Assembly (NCBI GenBank): GCA_041666915.1
Contig: JBAYFZ010000002.1
Span: 14,771 to 78,770, forward strand
DNA length: 64,000 bases
Direction of reading: 5' to 3'
Source of the DNA: Minisyncoccota bacterium
Lineage (GTDB): Bacteria; Patescibacteriota; Minisyncoccia; Phycocordibacterales; PALSA-1337
The translations under genes were made by a program, and so were the position numbers. Position 1 is the first letter of the stretch. Each line of letters opens with the position of its first letter. This document shows positions 1 to 9,674 of this stretch, in pieces. The notes under the pieces are model-generated. The model was not told where the DNA came from. It worked only from the letters and a program-made list of their open reading frames with translations, and searched no databases.

Positions 1-1172
1 GTTACAACCCCTGCCCCCACCGTCTTACCTCCTTCACGAACGGCAAACCTCTGCTTGTCTTCTAGAGCGACTGGAGCAACGAGTTTGACTTTGAAAGTAA
101 TAGTATCTCCTGGCATAACCATCTCTACCTTCTCAGGAAGAGTTACTTCACCAGTGACGTCTGTTGTACGGATATAGAACTGAGGCTTGTATCCTGTGAA
201 GAATGGAGTGTGGCGACCACCTTCTTCTTTCTTCAAAACGTAAACTTCAGACTCAAATTCTGTATGAGGCTTGACTGAACCTGGCTTGGCCAAAACTTGT
301 CCACGAGAAACACCATCCTTGGCGGTTCCACGGAGAAGAAGACCTGCATTATCTCCTGCCATACCTTCTTTGAGAGATTTGTTGAACATTTCAATACCAG
401 TAATAACGGTCTTACTTGTATCTTTGAAACCAACAATCTCAACTTCTTCACCAACTTTGATCATTCCGCGCTCTATACGACCTGTAACCACAGTTCCACG
501 GCCTTCAATGGAGAAGATATCTTCAATTGGCATAAGGAAAGGCTTGTCTACTTCACGAACAGGAGTAGGAATATATGAATCCAAAGCGGCCATAAGTTCA
601 TCAATCTTTGTTGACCATGTAGCATCACCGTTCAAAGCGTTTGATGCAGAACCACGGATAACTGGAGTGTTTTTACCATCAAACTTATTTTTGGTGAGAA
701 GTTCACGCACTTCTTCTTCAACAAGGTCAATAAGATCTTGTTCTGGTACTAGGTCGCACTTGTTCAAGAATACAACGATCTTTGGAACACCAACTTGGTA
801 AGCCAAAAGAACGTGTTCACGTGTCTGTGGCATAACACCATCAGTAGCTGAAACAACGAGGATAGCACCGTCCATTTGAGCGGCACCTGTAATCATGTTC
901 TTGATAAAGTCGGCGTGTCCTGGACAGTCAATGTGAGCATAGTGACGAGTAGCTGACTCGTACTCAACGTGCGACAAAGAAATTGTAACTGTCTTTGTTG
1001 CATCACGAACTGTACCTCCCTTTGTAATATCTGCGTAAGCTTTGACGTTAGCTAGACCCTTTTTGGACTGAACTGCCAAAAGAGCGGCTGTCAAAGTAGA
1101 CTTGCCGTGGTCAATGTGGCCGATTGTACCGACATTGATGTGTGGCTTCGTACGATTGAATTCTGCTGCCAT
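1..1172 (-). CDS. tuf: Elongation factor Tu (3' end runs off the window)
   Basis: Manual translation from ATG 1172: [28 protein letters not shown]...[21 protein letters not shown]...TVGAGVVT; absent from the ORF track because there is no stop in the window. Confidence 0.98.
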   Translation of the reverse strand, partial: MAAEFNRTKPHINVGTIGHIDHGKSTLTAALLAVQSKKGLANVKAYADITKGGTVRDATKTVTISLSHVEYESATRHYAHIDCPGHADFIKNMITGAAQMDGAILVVSATDGVMPQTREHVLLAYQVGVPKIVVFLNKCDLVPEQDLIDLVEEEVRELLTKNKFDGKNTPVIRGSASNALNGDATWSTKIDELMAALDSYIPTPVREVDKPFLMPIEDIFSIEGRGTVVTGRIERGMIKVGEEVEIVGFKDTSKTVITGIEMFNKSLKEGMAGDNAGLLLRGTAKDGVSRGQVLAKPGSVKPHTEFESEVYVLKKEEGGRHTPFFTGYKPQFYIRTTDVTGEVTLPEKVEMVMPGDTITFKVKLVAPVALEDKQRFAVREGGKTVGAGVV

Positions 1173-1322
1173 ATGATTATTGATTTAGTGCTTTAGCTCG
1201 CATTGCATGGGCGTGTGCCATACAGCGAGAGCCAAAGATAAATTATTACTAGTTATTAAAACGCCCTAAGGCGCGTACCAAATAAGATAACATAATGGTG
1301 ATAATTTCGCAAATTCCAACAC

Positions 1323-1592
1323 CTATCCATACAACTGACTATGTGTCCCTATTTCTATAAAAATAGCGAAAAAACCTTCCATTTTATATACAGCCCTTAT
1401 GTTACCTGTAATATTTATACTTCTATGCCTTACCCACTTACCCTGAAGAGAATGGTTATTCAACAAATGGTGTTGCTGGTCTATTAAAAGCAAATTTCTC
1501 CTTTCAATAAAAGCTTTTTTAACCTCAATATTTTGCCTAGGATAGGATTTCTCAAAATTCTTATGCAAAATGAATCCAACAATTTTCTTCAT
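1323..1592 (-). CDS. RelE/YafQ-family mRNA interferase toxin
   Basis: 89 aa; NHSLQGKW...RSINITGNIRAVY...IGTHSQLYG pattern; directly downstream of an antitoxin. Confidence 0.85.
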   Translation of the reverse strand: MKKIVGFILHKNFEKSYPRQNIEVKKAFIERRNLLLIDQQHHLLNNHSLQGKWVRHRSINITGNIRAVYKMEGFFAIFIEIGTHSQLYG

Positions 1593-1618
1593 GAGAATAA
1601 TGATGGATTCTTAATAAT

Positions 1619-1894
1619 CTATAAATTAGCCAAATAGCGATCCATTTTGTCCATATCAGTAAAAAGTGGTGAGAGGTTTTTACCATTTTTCAAATCTTTT
1701 TCTGATTGTTTGATGATTTTCTGTAGATTTTTAGAAGGTTTTGAAGGAACGTTGAAAGTTACACTTTGATCAGCGATAAATTTCTTCAAGAAAGCGTTTA
1801 CAACCGTACTCAAGGGCAGACCCATTAGTCCAGCTATCTTCACAGCCTCTTCCTTGACCTCTTTATCAGCTTTTATATTTATAACCGTTTTCAT
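1619..1894 (-). CDS. RelB/DinJ-family antitoxin
   Basis: MKTVINIKADKEVKEEA...GLPLSTVVNAFL ribbon-helix-helix pattern. Confidence 0.85.
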   Translation of the reverse strand: MKTVINIKADKEVKEEAVKIAGLMGLPLSTVVNAFLKKFIADQSVTFNVPSKPSKNLQKIIKQSEKDLKNGKNLSPLFTDMDKMDRYLANL

Positions 1895-1930
1895 ATCTAA
1901 AGTATATACAACGGTTAGAGATAGTCAATA

Positions 1931-4075
1931 CTATTTCCTCTTCTCCTTGATCTCCTCAGCAACATTGGCTGGTACAACATCATAGTGATCAAATTCCATC
2001 ATTGCACTACCTTGTCCAGAAGTCATAGAACGGAGTTGGGTGGTATAACCGAACATTTCTGAAAGTGGAACTTTGGCATGAATGGCCAATGCTTGACCCT
2101 TTGGCTCAGAACCTTCAATAGTACCGCGCTTGGAAGCGATAGAACCGTTGATGTCTCCCATGTATTTTTCTGGGGCAACAACTTCAAGTCTCATAATAGG
2201 TTCTAGAATAACAGGCTTGGCTCTCTTGGCAGCATCTTGGAAAGCTTGAGAAGCGGCGATTTTGTAAGCAATTTCTGATGAGTCCACATCGTGATATGAA
2301 CCGAATGTTAATTCACAAGAGACGTTGACCATCTTGTAACCAGCCAAAATACCGCGATCCATAGCTTCATGGACACCCTTTTCTACTGCTGGAATGAACT
2401 CATTTGGAATAACACCTCCCTTGATAGAGTTGATAAATTCAAAATCATCATAACGATGAACAGTCTTTGGAATTTTCTCCCCTTCTGGCCATGGTTCCAT
2501 AGGTTTCAAAGTTAGACGGACGTGTCCATATTGACCCTTACCTCCAGTCTGCTTGATATATTTGTTTTCAGCTTCTGCAGTGTTCAAGATTGTCTCTCTG
2601 TAAGCTACTTGAGGCTCACCGACATTGGCTTCAACACTAAATTCACGCTTCATACGGTCAACCATGATTTCCAAATGCAATTCACCCATTCCTGAAATAA
2701 TAGTTTCGCCAGTTTCCTGATTTGAAGAAACTCTAAAAGTAGGGTCTTCGTTACCAAGTTTACGTAATGCCATACCCATCTTTTCTTGGTCAGCTTTGGT
2801 CTTTGGTTCAATACGTAGAGAAACCACAGGTTCCATGAATTTGATAACTTCAAGAACAATAGGATTGTTTTCGTCGCAGAAAGTATGAGATGTCAAAGCA
2901 TCTTTGAGACCTACAGCTGCAGCAATCTCACCCGCAAAGACTTTCTTTACTTCTTCACGCTGATCGGCTTGCAAGCGAACGATACGACCGAGGCGTTCTT
3001 TTTTACCAGTTGTAGAGTTGTAAATATAAGTACCGGACTCAATAGTTCCTGAATAGACACGGAAGAATGTAAGCTGACCAACGAAAGGATCGTTCTGGAG
3101 TTTGAAAGCTAGAGCTGAGAAAGGTTCACTATCATCTGCATGACGGAAAATCTCCCCTCCTGTATTAGGATCTATACCCTTTATAGAAGGAATATCCAAA
3201 GGTGATGGTAGATAATCAACAACAGCATCTAGAACTAGTTGAACACCGACGTTCTTCAAAGCTGAGCCAGTAAATACTGGGAAAATCTTATTGGCGATGA
3301 CAGCAATACGTGTAATCCTCTTCAATTCATCAATAGAAATCTCTTTTCCTTCAAGATACTGTTGCATAGCAGTATCATCATTCTCAACAATCTTTTCAAT
3401 CATTTCTGCACGATATTTCTTTGCATCTTCTAGCATATCTGCAGGAATTTCCTTTTCAATAATATCAATACCTTTTTCTCCTTCAAAATAGAAAGCCTTC
3501 ATACGCATAAGGTCAACGACTCCGTTATGTTCTCCTTCTAGACCGATAGGAAGTTGGAAACGGATAGCGTGTTTATTCAATCTTTCTACAATAGACTTGA
3601 AAGACCTTTCAAATGAAGCACCCATACGGTCCATCTTATTGATGAAACAAAGACGAGGAACTTTTCCATCGTCAGCGTAACGCCAGTTTGTTTCAGATTG
3701 TGGTTCTACTCCAGCCACTCCGTCAAAGACAACAACAGCGCCATCTAGTACGCGTAGAGAACGCTTTACTTCTACAGTAAAGTCAATGTGTCCTGGTGTA
3801 TCAATAACGTTGAAACGAACCTTCTTGGAAAGATCCGTCTTTGGCATGTATGTAGGATTCCAAAAACAAGTGATGGCAGCCGCTGTAATAGTAATACCGC
3901 GCTCCCTTTCTTGTTCCATCCAGTCTGTGGTTGTCTCACCATCGTGAACTTCACCGATCTTGTGGATCATTCCCGTGTAATACAAGATACGTTCTGAAGT
4001 CGTGGTCTTACCGGCATCAATGTGAGCAATGATACCGAAGTTGCGCATACGCTCAAGAGGATAGTCGCGGTTCAT
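1931..4075 (-). CDS. fusA: Elongation factor G
   Basis: AHIDAGKTTTSERIL, DTPGHIDF, GMGELHLEI, GSYHDVDSSE. Confidence 0.99.
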   Translation of the reverse strand: MNRDYPLERMRNFGIIAHIDAGKTTTSERILYYTGMIHKIGEVHDGETTTDWMEQERERGITITAAAITCFWNPTYMPKTDLSKKVRFNVIDTPGHIDFTVEVKRSLRVLDGAVVVFDGVAGVEPQSETNWRYADDGKVPRLCFINKMDRMGASFERSFKSIVERLNKHAIRFQLPIGLEGEHNGVVDLMRMKAFYFEGEKGIDIIEKEIPADMLEDAKKYRAEMIEKIVENDDTAMQQYLEGKEISIDELKRITRIAVIANKIFPVFTGSALKNVGVQLVLDAVVDYLPSPLDIPSIKGIDPNTGGEIFRHADDSEPFSALAFKLQNDPFVGQLTFFRVYSGTIESGTYIYNSTTGKKERLGRIVRLQADQREEVKKVFAGEIAAAVGLKDALTSHTFCDENNPIVLEVIKFMEPVVSLRIEPKTKADQEKMGMALRKLGNEDPTFRVSSNQETGETIISGMGELHLEIMVDRMKREFSVEANVGEPQVAYRETILNTAEAENKYIKQTGGKGQYGHVRLTLKPMEPWPEGEKIPKTVHRYDDFEFINSIKGGVIPNEFIPAVEKGVHEAMDRGILAGYKMVNVSCELTFGSYHDVDSSEIAYKIAASQAFQDAAKRAKPVILEPIMRLEVVAPEKYMGDINGSIASKRGTIEGSEPKGQALAIHAKVPLSEMFGYTTQLRSMTSGQGSAMMEFDHYDVVPANVAEEIKEKRK

Positions 4076-4183
4076 AAAGGTTTGGGCTTATAAATAAATA
4101 ATAATCTATGGTAAACAAAAAAGCAGGAACTGCTTATTGCCCCATACAATACAGTAAACGGGAGAAATAATCAACGCTTAAAG

Positions 4184-4921
4184 CTATATCATCCCAAGTA
4201 AAGTATCCTTCCAACCCTTCTTCTCTGGTGTACTCAAAAAGAACTCCGATGGACAAGTCGTTTTTGGATTGATTTCTCTATGACCAAAGATTCTATCTTT
4301 TGAGACATTAGAGTATTTCTTACGGATCAATCCTGCGATAGCTTCAAGCTCAATCTGGCTTGGTACACCATTTTCATGATCATCATCCAAACAAATAGCC
4401 GTACTTCTACAGTTGATATCCCAATTCCCCGCTTGCCAACCTATCTCATCATCATTCAACAACCTCTCGCACTTTCCATCTTTACGAACAATCCAATGAT
4501 ATGGCCAAAAAACTTGTAAACCATTTCTAAAATGTCCTGAATAAATAAAATTATCTTTTATTTCTTTGTTAGCATCATAAGTAGGACCTTTCCCTGCATA
4601 CTGTGGAGCATATAGACGAACAAGTTCTATAGCTGACAAACGTTCTTTGGTCAAACCAGGGAAAGAACTCGTATGATGAATAATTATAGTATCAATAGGT
4701 TTTCTTTCTTCATCAAAATTCTTACCTTCTTTACCCAAGGCCACATTTCCAAGTATCAACTGCTCCTCAAAGAAATCGTACACTCTTTCTTTTTGCTTTT
4801 CGTAAGCGGGACGATCCATATCATGTAAACGACTCAAATCCTTCAAGACTTGAGGAATCTCTTTATACCAGTGAGGATTCTTTATCTTTATTTTCCATTC
4901 AGAAATGTTGAAGGTGAACAT
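4184..4921 (-). CDS. N-acetylmuramoyl-L-alanine amidase (Amidase_2/PGRP-like)
   Basis: IIIHHT, YHWIV..DG, GWQAG, FGHREI..KTTCP motifs; start placed at ATG 4921 (MFTFN), just past the upstream stop. Confidence 0.8.
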   Translation of the reverse strand: MFTFNISEWKIKIKNPHWYKEIPQVLKDLSRLHDMDRPAYEKQKERVYDFFEEQLILGNVALGKEGKNFDEERKPIDTIIIHHTSSFPGLTKERLSAIELVRLYAPQYAGKGPTYDANKEIKDNFIYSGHFRNGLQVFWPYHWIVRKDGKCERLLNDDEIGWQAGNWDINCRSTAICLDDDHENGVPSQIELEAIAGLIRKKYSNVSKDRIFGHREINPKTTCPSEFFLSTPEKKGWKDTLLGMI

Positions 4922-4923
4922 AA

Positions 4924-5130
4924 CTAAGATAAATAAGCATTTTCCCAACAACTGTAACATACCCAACCAAATTTATCTTGGATTGTAACCGGAGTAAGAC
5001 CAAAATAATGCGCACCATACCAAGCCCCGTCACTTGATATTGTGACAAAAATCAAGCTGTGACATTCCACACAAAAAACGATTGCCCGTTGTTTCTGTGT
5101 AAGAATTATTGATTCTTGGATTGTATTCAT
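4924..5130 (-). CDS. Small hypothetical protein with two CxxC motifs (possible zinc ribbon)
   Basis: MNTIQES...CVECH...CYSCW; fills the gap between the RelE gene and the amidase. Confidence 0.5.
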   Translation of the reverse strand: MNTIQESIILTQKQRAIVFCVECHSLIFVTISSDGAWYGAHYFGLTPVTIQDKFGWVCYSCWENAYLS

Positions 5131-5131
5131 A

Positions 5132-5380
5132 TTATTTTTTGTAATGATTTGTAATCTGAAAAACTTCAATCACGTCCCCTTTCACGAAAAATAAGGCTCT
5201 GTATTTACGATCAACCCTAAACGAGTAAATTCCATGCCATTTCGGTTCCAGTAATTCTGTGTTTAAAGAAGGATGTTTAATATTCGAAACAAGCAACACG
5301 GTAATCTTTTTCCACTTTGAAGTCAGCTTATGTATTGCCAAATATTCCAATAAATCTGAACGAAGAGGTAAAATCTTCAT
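5132..5380 (-). CDS. RelE/ParE-family toxin
   Basis: HPSLNTELLEPK..GIYSFRVDRKYRALF. Confidence 0.8.
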   Translation of the reverse strand: MKILPLRSDLLEYLAIHKLTSKWKKITVLLVSNIKHPSLNTELLEPKWHGIYSFRVDRKYRALFFVKGDVIEVFQITNHYKK

Positions 5381-5391
5381 AGATCAGATAT

Positions 5392-5601
5392 TTACTTTGA
5401 ATAAGAAGATTTTTGGAGACCGCTTTCTAGGTCGGAAATGAATTCTTTTGTATAGAGTTTTGAAGCACGAAAATCTTCGACAATATTCTTGACTGGATCT
5501 TTTATAAGCAATTCAAGTAAGCGTGTAGCCACATTACGATAGGCTTTTGACTCCTTCTTCAGCTTGCTATATTCAGTTTTTGAGATAGTAATTCGATTCA
5601 T
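5392..5601 (-). CDS. Putative antitoxin
   Basis: 69 aa directly upstream of the RelE-like toxin. Confidence 0.6.
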   Translation of the reverse strand: MNRITISKTEYSKLKKESKAYRNVATRLLELLIKDPVKNIVEDFRASKLYTKEFISDLESGLQKSSYSK

Positions 5602-5616
5602 AGAATAATGATAGCA

Positions 5617-5656
5617 AACAAAAACATCCAGTCAATATTGACCGGATGTTTTTGTT
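5617..5656 (-). terminator. Intrinsic terminator after rpsG
   Basis: AACAAAAACATCC-N14-GGATGTTTTTGTT inverted repeat. Confidence 0.7.
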
Positions 5657-5685
5657 ATTTCTTGAAATGACTCCTTTCGTAAAAA

Positions 5686-6156
5686 TTACCAAGCAAAGTG
5701 AGCAAAAGCTTTGTTAGCTTCGGCCATCTTGTGAACGTTTTCACGCTTTTTGACAGCTTCACCTTCATTCTTGGAAGCAGAGATGATCTCATCGGCCAAC
5801 TTCAAATGAATAGGAGCACCTTTCTTGGAACGAGCAGCTTCAATGATCCATTTCATTGAAAGAGCCATCTTACGTTCTGGGCGAACTTCGCGAGGAACCT
5901 GATAGTTGGCACCACCGACTCGGCGAGAACGAACTTCCATAGCTGGAGAAGTATTCTTGAGAGCAGCTTCAAAGACCTCTAGAGGATTTTCAACTTTGGC
6001 TTTCTCTTTGATAGCAGTCATACAATCAGCAACAATGCCTCGGGCAATGTTTTTCTTTCCTGATTCCATAACGTAGTTGGTAAATTTGGACAATTTCAAA
6101 GAAGCATAATTCGCATCAGGCTTCAATTCACGTTTTATATTGAGTTTACGTCGCAT
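5686..6156 (-). CDS. rpsG: 30S ribosomal protein S7
   Basis: [28 protein letters not shown]. Confidence 0.99.
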   Translation of the reverse strand: MRRKLNIKRELKPDANYASLKLSKFTNYVMESGKKNIARGIVADCMTAIKEKAKVENPLEVFEAALKNTSPAMEVRSRRVGGANYQVPREVRPERKMALSMKWIIEAARSKKGAPIHLKLADEIISASKNEGEAVKKRENVHKMAEANKAFAHFAW

Positions 6157-6216
6157 GTTAGTTAAATTAAAATTGAAAAATCAAAATGACAATTCAAAAT
6201 AAAAAATTATGAATTA

Positions 6217-6636
6217 TTAAACCTTAGCTGCTTTTGGTCTTTTATTACCATATTGGCTACGACCTTTTCTTCGAGCTTCTACACCTGCACAGTCTAGAAC
6301 ACCTCGGACTACAGAATAACGCAAACCTACATCCTTTACGCGACCTCCCTTTAGAAGAACCACTGCGTGTTCCTGCAAGTTATGACCCATTCCTGGGATA
6401 TAAGCAGTAACTTCAAGACCATTAGTAAGACGTACGCGGGCAATCTTACGAATAGCTGAGTTAGGCTTCTTCGGAGTCTTGGTAGTAACTTTCACGCAAA
6501 CACCTCTCTTGAAAGGAGCTGGGAAGAAACTTGGTCGGTTCTTGATCGTATTGAAAGTACGAGTCAAAGCGACAGATTTTGATTTCTGCTTGAAACGCTT
6601 CCTTGACGACTTGGTCAACTGATTTATTGTTGGCAT
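6217..6636 (-). CDS. rpsL: 30S ribosomal protein S12
   Basis: [24 protein letters not shown]. Confidence 0.99.
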   Translation of the reverse strand: MPTINQLTKSSRKRFKQKSKSVALTRTFNTIKNRPSFFPAPFKRGVCVKVTTKTPKKPNSAIRKIARVRLTNGLEVTAYIPGMGHNLQEHAVVLLKGGRVKDVGLRYSVVRGVLDCAGVEARRKGRSQYGNKRPKAAKV

Positions 6637-6842
6637 AATTAAGTGACAGAACTTCCATATTCGGAAGCTCTTTGATCCGCTTTTTTATAGCGAAATTATA
6701 ATTTTGTAGCAAACTGAATTTTTCACCAAAGATGATATGAGAAACACCATCCCCGATTACTCATTTTGCTTGATAATGTACCGATCTCCATCGACGGAGA
6801 CAGTGGGGATACATTAGCATGAGAATATGAATCGGGCAAATG

Positions 6843-7892
6843 TTACAGCAATGATTTTATGGATTCAGCGTTTAAGGTGTAGGCTCGAACAAAAGAATCG
6901 TCCACATGAGCATATAAAATTCCTTCACCTAGTTTTGTCTCTACGAACTGACTAGCAAACGTAATAGTTACCGCTTCAGTATCTTGGATAAACGGCTCAG
7001 GGGAAACCCAATCAATTTTTCCATTTTCGTAATCATAAATAAATAACCCCACTGAGAACATTCCGTATTTTATTTTGTCGCCCATTTTTTGGTTAGCTTC
7101 TCGTCCGTTCATTATACCCAATAACTTTCCTTCACCGACATCAATAAAGTTCTTTGGCAACAAAGGTCCAGGTGAGGCGTGGCCACCAATCCAAGCAATA
7201 TTATGTTCTTTAGGATGAAATACTGTCTCTCCATACCTCCACAGTTTGCTCATATCTTCTGCAATAGCAACTTTAACAATAGAATAAGTTGTATCAGTCT
7301 GACGATCTCGAGATTCAATAAGGTTATACCTGAAACCTTTAGAGTTAAGCGGAGCTATAGAAACTTCCTTTGCACTTAATTGTACTGTGTCCATAAGTAC
7401 AGGCATTGTCATTTCTAGAGAATCTAAATCTTTTCCAACAGCATGCCCAAGATGTATCTTCATTTTTTCTCCTTCATCATTCATCTTTTTTGATGGCCCT
7501 ATTGGAATTGTGAAATACAGATGTATTAAACCAGTAGTTTCATCTATCCAAATATCTGGATCCTCCAATCCAATAAAATCCCAGTCTTTAGGAGTCAAAC
7601 TGTCTATAATTTCTTTTTCGTTTCTAATTATTATACGATCACCAATTTCAAAATACTCCAGCGAATTTCCTCGTATTGTATGTAATTCACTTCTATCAAT
7701 ATATCCTTTTACCGTTACATCTCCCTCTCTACTTGTAATACATCTAATTATCCCTTCCTTATATTGAACTCTTGGGTCAAGAGCAATCGCCATAACGTGC
7801 GTAAACTTTTTATCTGTATTTATTACTCTACCCTCATGCTGAACATATAATTTTGACATAGATTTATTACTATAATTCTTTTTAATATTCAT
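6843..7892 (-). CDS. Putative five-bladed beta-propeller glycosidase (GH130/GH43-like)
   Basis: GLEDPDI motif and propeller-like repeats; family assignment is tentative. Confidence 0.5.
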   Translation of the reverse strand: MNIKKNYSNKSMSKLYVQHEGRVINTDKKFTHVMAIALDPRVQYKEGIIRCITSREGDVTVKGYIDRSELHTIRGNSLEYFEIGDRIIIRNEKEIIDSLTPKDWDFIGLEDPDIWIDETTGLIHLYFTIPIGPSKKMNDEGEKMKIHLGHAVGKDLDSLEMTMPVLMDTVQLSAKEVSIAPLNSKGFRYNLIESRDRQTDTTYSIVKVAIAEDMSKLWRYGETVFHPKEHNIAWIGGHASPGPLLPKNFIDVGEGKLLGIMNGREANQKMGDKIKYGMFSVGLFIYDYENGKIDWVSPEPFIQDTEAVTITFASQFVETKLGEGILYAHVDDSFVRAYTLNAESIKSLL

Positions 7893-7920
7893 ATTCTATA
7901 AAAGAAACTGAAAAACAAAA

Positions 7921-8529
7921 TCAAAGTCCCACACCAGTAATCAGCTTAAAAGCCCAAGGGATTATCGGAGAAACAAATCTCCAGAGAAAGAAAACGACAA
8001 TGAGGACAAAAATAGGGGCATAGGTCTCCATCATCATCCTTATTTGTCCATATTGATTTGGTAACCAAGCGAACAATAACTTTGAACCATCTAATGGTGG
8101 TAAAGGAATAAGATTGAATATTGCTAAAACCAAGTTGATAATGACTATATATGAACAAATCTCTATAAAAGGAGCGCTAAAAGTTGCTCCACTGATTGCA
8201 AAACGAATGATCGTACCGAATACAAGAGCTAATAAGAGATTGGAAATAGGGCCAGCAATAGCAATGAGGAATTCCCCTTGTCTCTTATTCTTTAAATTAT
8301 AAGGGTTGTACTCTACAGGTTTTGCCCAGCCGAAAGTGAAACCCGACAGAGATGTGATGAGTGGAAAAAGAATAGAACCAACAGGATCTATATGTTTCAA
8401 AGGATTCAAAGTCAATCTTCCCTGCAATCTAGGGGTAGGATCACCCAACCTATCAGCCATAAAACCGTGAGAGATCTCGTGGATAATGATTGAGAAGATT
8501 AAAATGATTATGGAGAGAATTGTTAACAT
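7921..8529 (-). CDS. Site-2 protease family (M50) membrane metalloprotease
   Basis: HEISH, AGPISN, FNLIPLPPLDG. Confidence 0.95.
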   Translation of the reverse strand: MLTILSIIILIFSIIIHEISHGFMADRLGDPTPRLQGRLTLNPLKHIDPVGSILFPLITSLSGFTFGWAKPVEYNPYNLKNKRQGEFLIAIAGPISNLLLALVFGTIIRFAISGATFSAPFIEICSYIVIINLVLAIFNLIPLPPLDGSKLLFAWLPNQYGQIRMMMETYAPIFVLIVVFFLWRFVSPIIPWAFKLITGVGL

Positions 8530-8580
8530 GGGGTTGAATATCTATAAGCTCTATGTTAGCATATCACTCTAATCAACTTT

Positions 8581-8823
8581 ATGTCCAAAGTCTGTGCAAT
8601 AACTAAAAGAGGTTCAGTAATGGGAGGTCGTTATTCCAACGCCACTCGTGCTACCCAATTCAACCCTTGTGGAAAAATCCGCAAATATCCAAATCTTCAA
8701 AAGAAGCGTATTTATGTTCCTGAACTAAAGAAATCCTTTGTTTTGAATATCTCTACACGTGCACTTCGTACTATTGAAAAGAACGGTGCTTTCGTTACAT
8801 TGAAAAAGGCAGGTGTTATATAA
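8581..8823 (+). CDS. rpmB: 50S ribosomal protein L28
   Basis: MSKVCAIT...PNLQKKRIYVPEL...ISTRALRTI. Confidence 0.92.
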   Translation: MSKVCAITKRGSVMGGRYSNATRATQFNPCGKIRKYPNLQKKRIYVPELKKSFVLNISTRALRTIEKNGAFVTLKKAGVI

Positions 8824-8871
8824 GACAGTTGATTAATCTTGATAGTATTTATTAGATTTGATATGCTTCTA

Positions 8872-8998
8872 TTAGAAGTATGCAATAATAACTTATGAGG
8901 CGCTTTGGTGTTCCCTTAGAATATCTAGGGCTTGAGCTAAAGATAACCACCTTGTGAGACGCTACTTCTAACAAAGAACCCGCTAAGGCGGATTTTTT
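8872..8998 (+). ncRNA. Candidate structured RNA convergent with the DUF3800 gene
   Basis: TTGATA-17-TATGCT promoter (8839-8867); closing stem TTAGAAGTA/TACTTCTAA; nested stems; CCGC-TAAG-GCGG plus T-run terminator. Confidence 0.6.
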
Positions 8999-9004
8999 GT
9001 TAGA

Positions 9005-9655
9005 TTATTCTTTAAAAAGTTCCCTGCCCTCATCAATAATATTCCTTTGTAAAATCTTAAAAAATTCTTCCCCAAAATATCCACCTTCTAAATATCTAGC
9101 CAATGCGCCGACAACCCAATCAGCAATTTGGACATTAGCCATAGAAATAGAATCGACCATTTCAATTTGTAAAACCACATCTTTAGAAAGACTCAATAAG
9201 AGATAAGCTCTGAGAGATTCTTTAAATTCAGACTCTGACATTCCACCTAATCTTCTTCGATCACAAAATATCCTAAATTCCTTATCATCTGTTGGTAAAT
9301 ATGAGGCAAGTAATTCACCAACAATATTTGTATACAAGAGACCACTTCGTAATTTATTCTTATGGATATAATCTTTAGGAATATTCTTATTAAACACATA
9401 AACAAATCGTATATGTATATCGAGTCTAGAGAGTTCCCTCAACATTTTTAAACGTAAATCATCAGAGATTCCCGTATTTGACCATTTTATTTCATTCAAA
9501 TCACGCATCTTTACAGGAAAATGACTTCTGCACCATGCACGAAATCTTTTTGCTGTAATTTTTGGTTCTTCAATTGAAACAGATGCTATTACAAAATAAT
9601 TTTTATTATCACGTTTTGTAAATTGACCACTTTCATCCAGAAAAATATAAACCAT
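9005..9655 (-). CDS. DUF3800 family protein (RNase H-like fold)
   Basis: N-terminal YIFLDESG, EIKW, C-terminal DS...VQIADWVVG. Confidence 0.85.
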   Translation of the reverse strand: MVYIFLDESGQFTKRDNKNYFVIASVSIEEPKITAKRFRAWCRSHFPVKMRDLNEIKWSNTGISDDLRLKMLRELSRLDIHIRFVYVFNKNIPKDYIHKNKLRSGLLYTNIVGELLASYLPTDDKEFRIFCDRRRLGGMSESEFKESLRAYLLLSLSKDVVLQIEMVDSISMANVQIADWVVGALARYLEGGYFGEEFFKILQRNIIDEGRELFKE

Positions 9656-9674
9656 ATTCCTATATGATTAAAAA

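Noticed and set aside
271-801. Plus-strand 176-aa ORF and similar antisense ORFs (e.g. 14224-14730, 48906-49448, 54321-54869)
   Set aside because: Shadow frames of well-supported genes on the other strand
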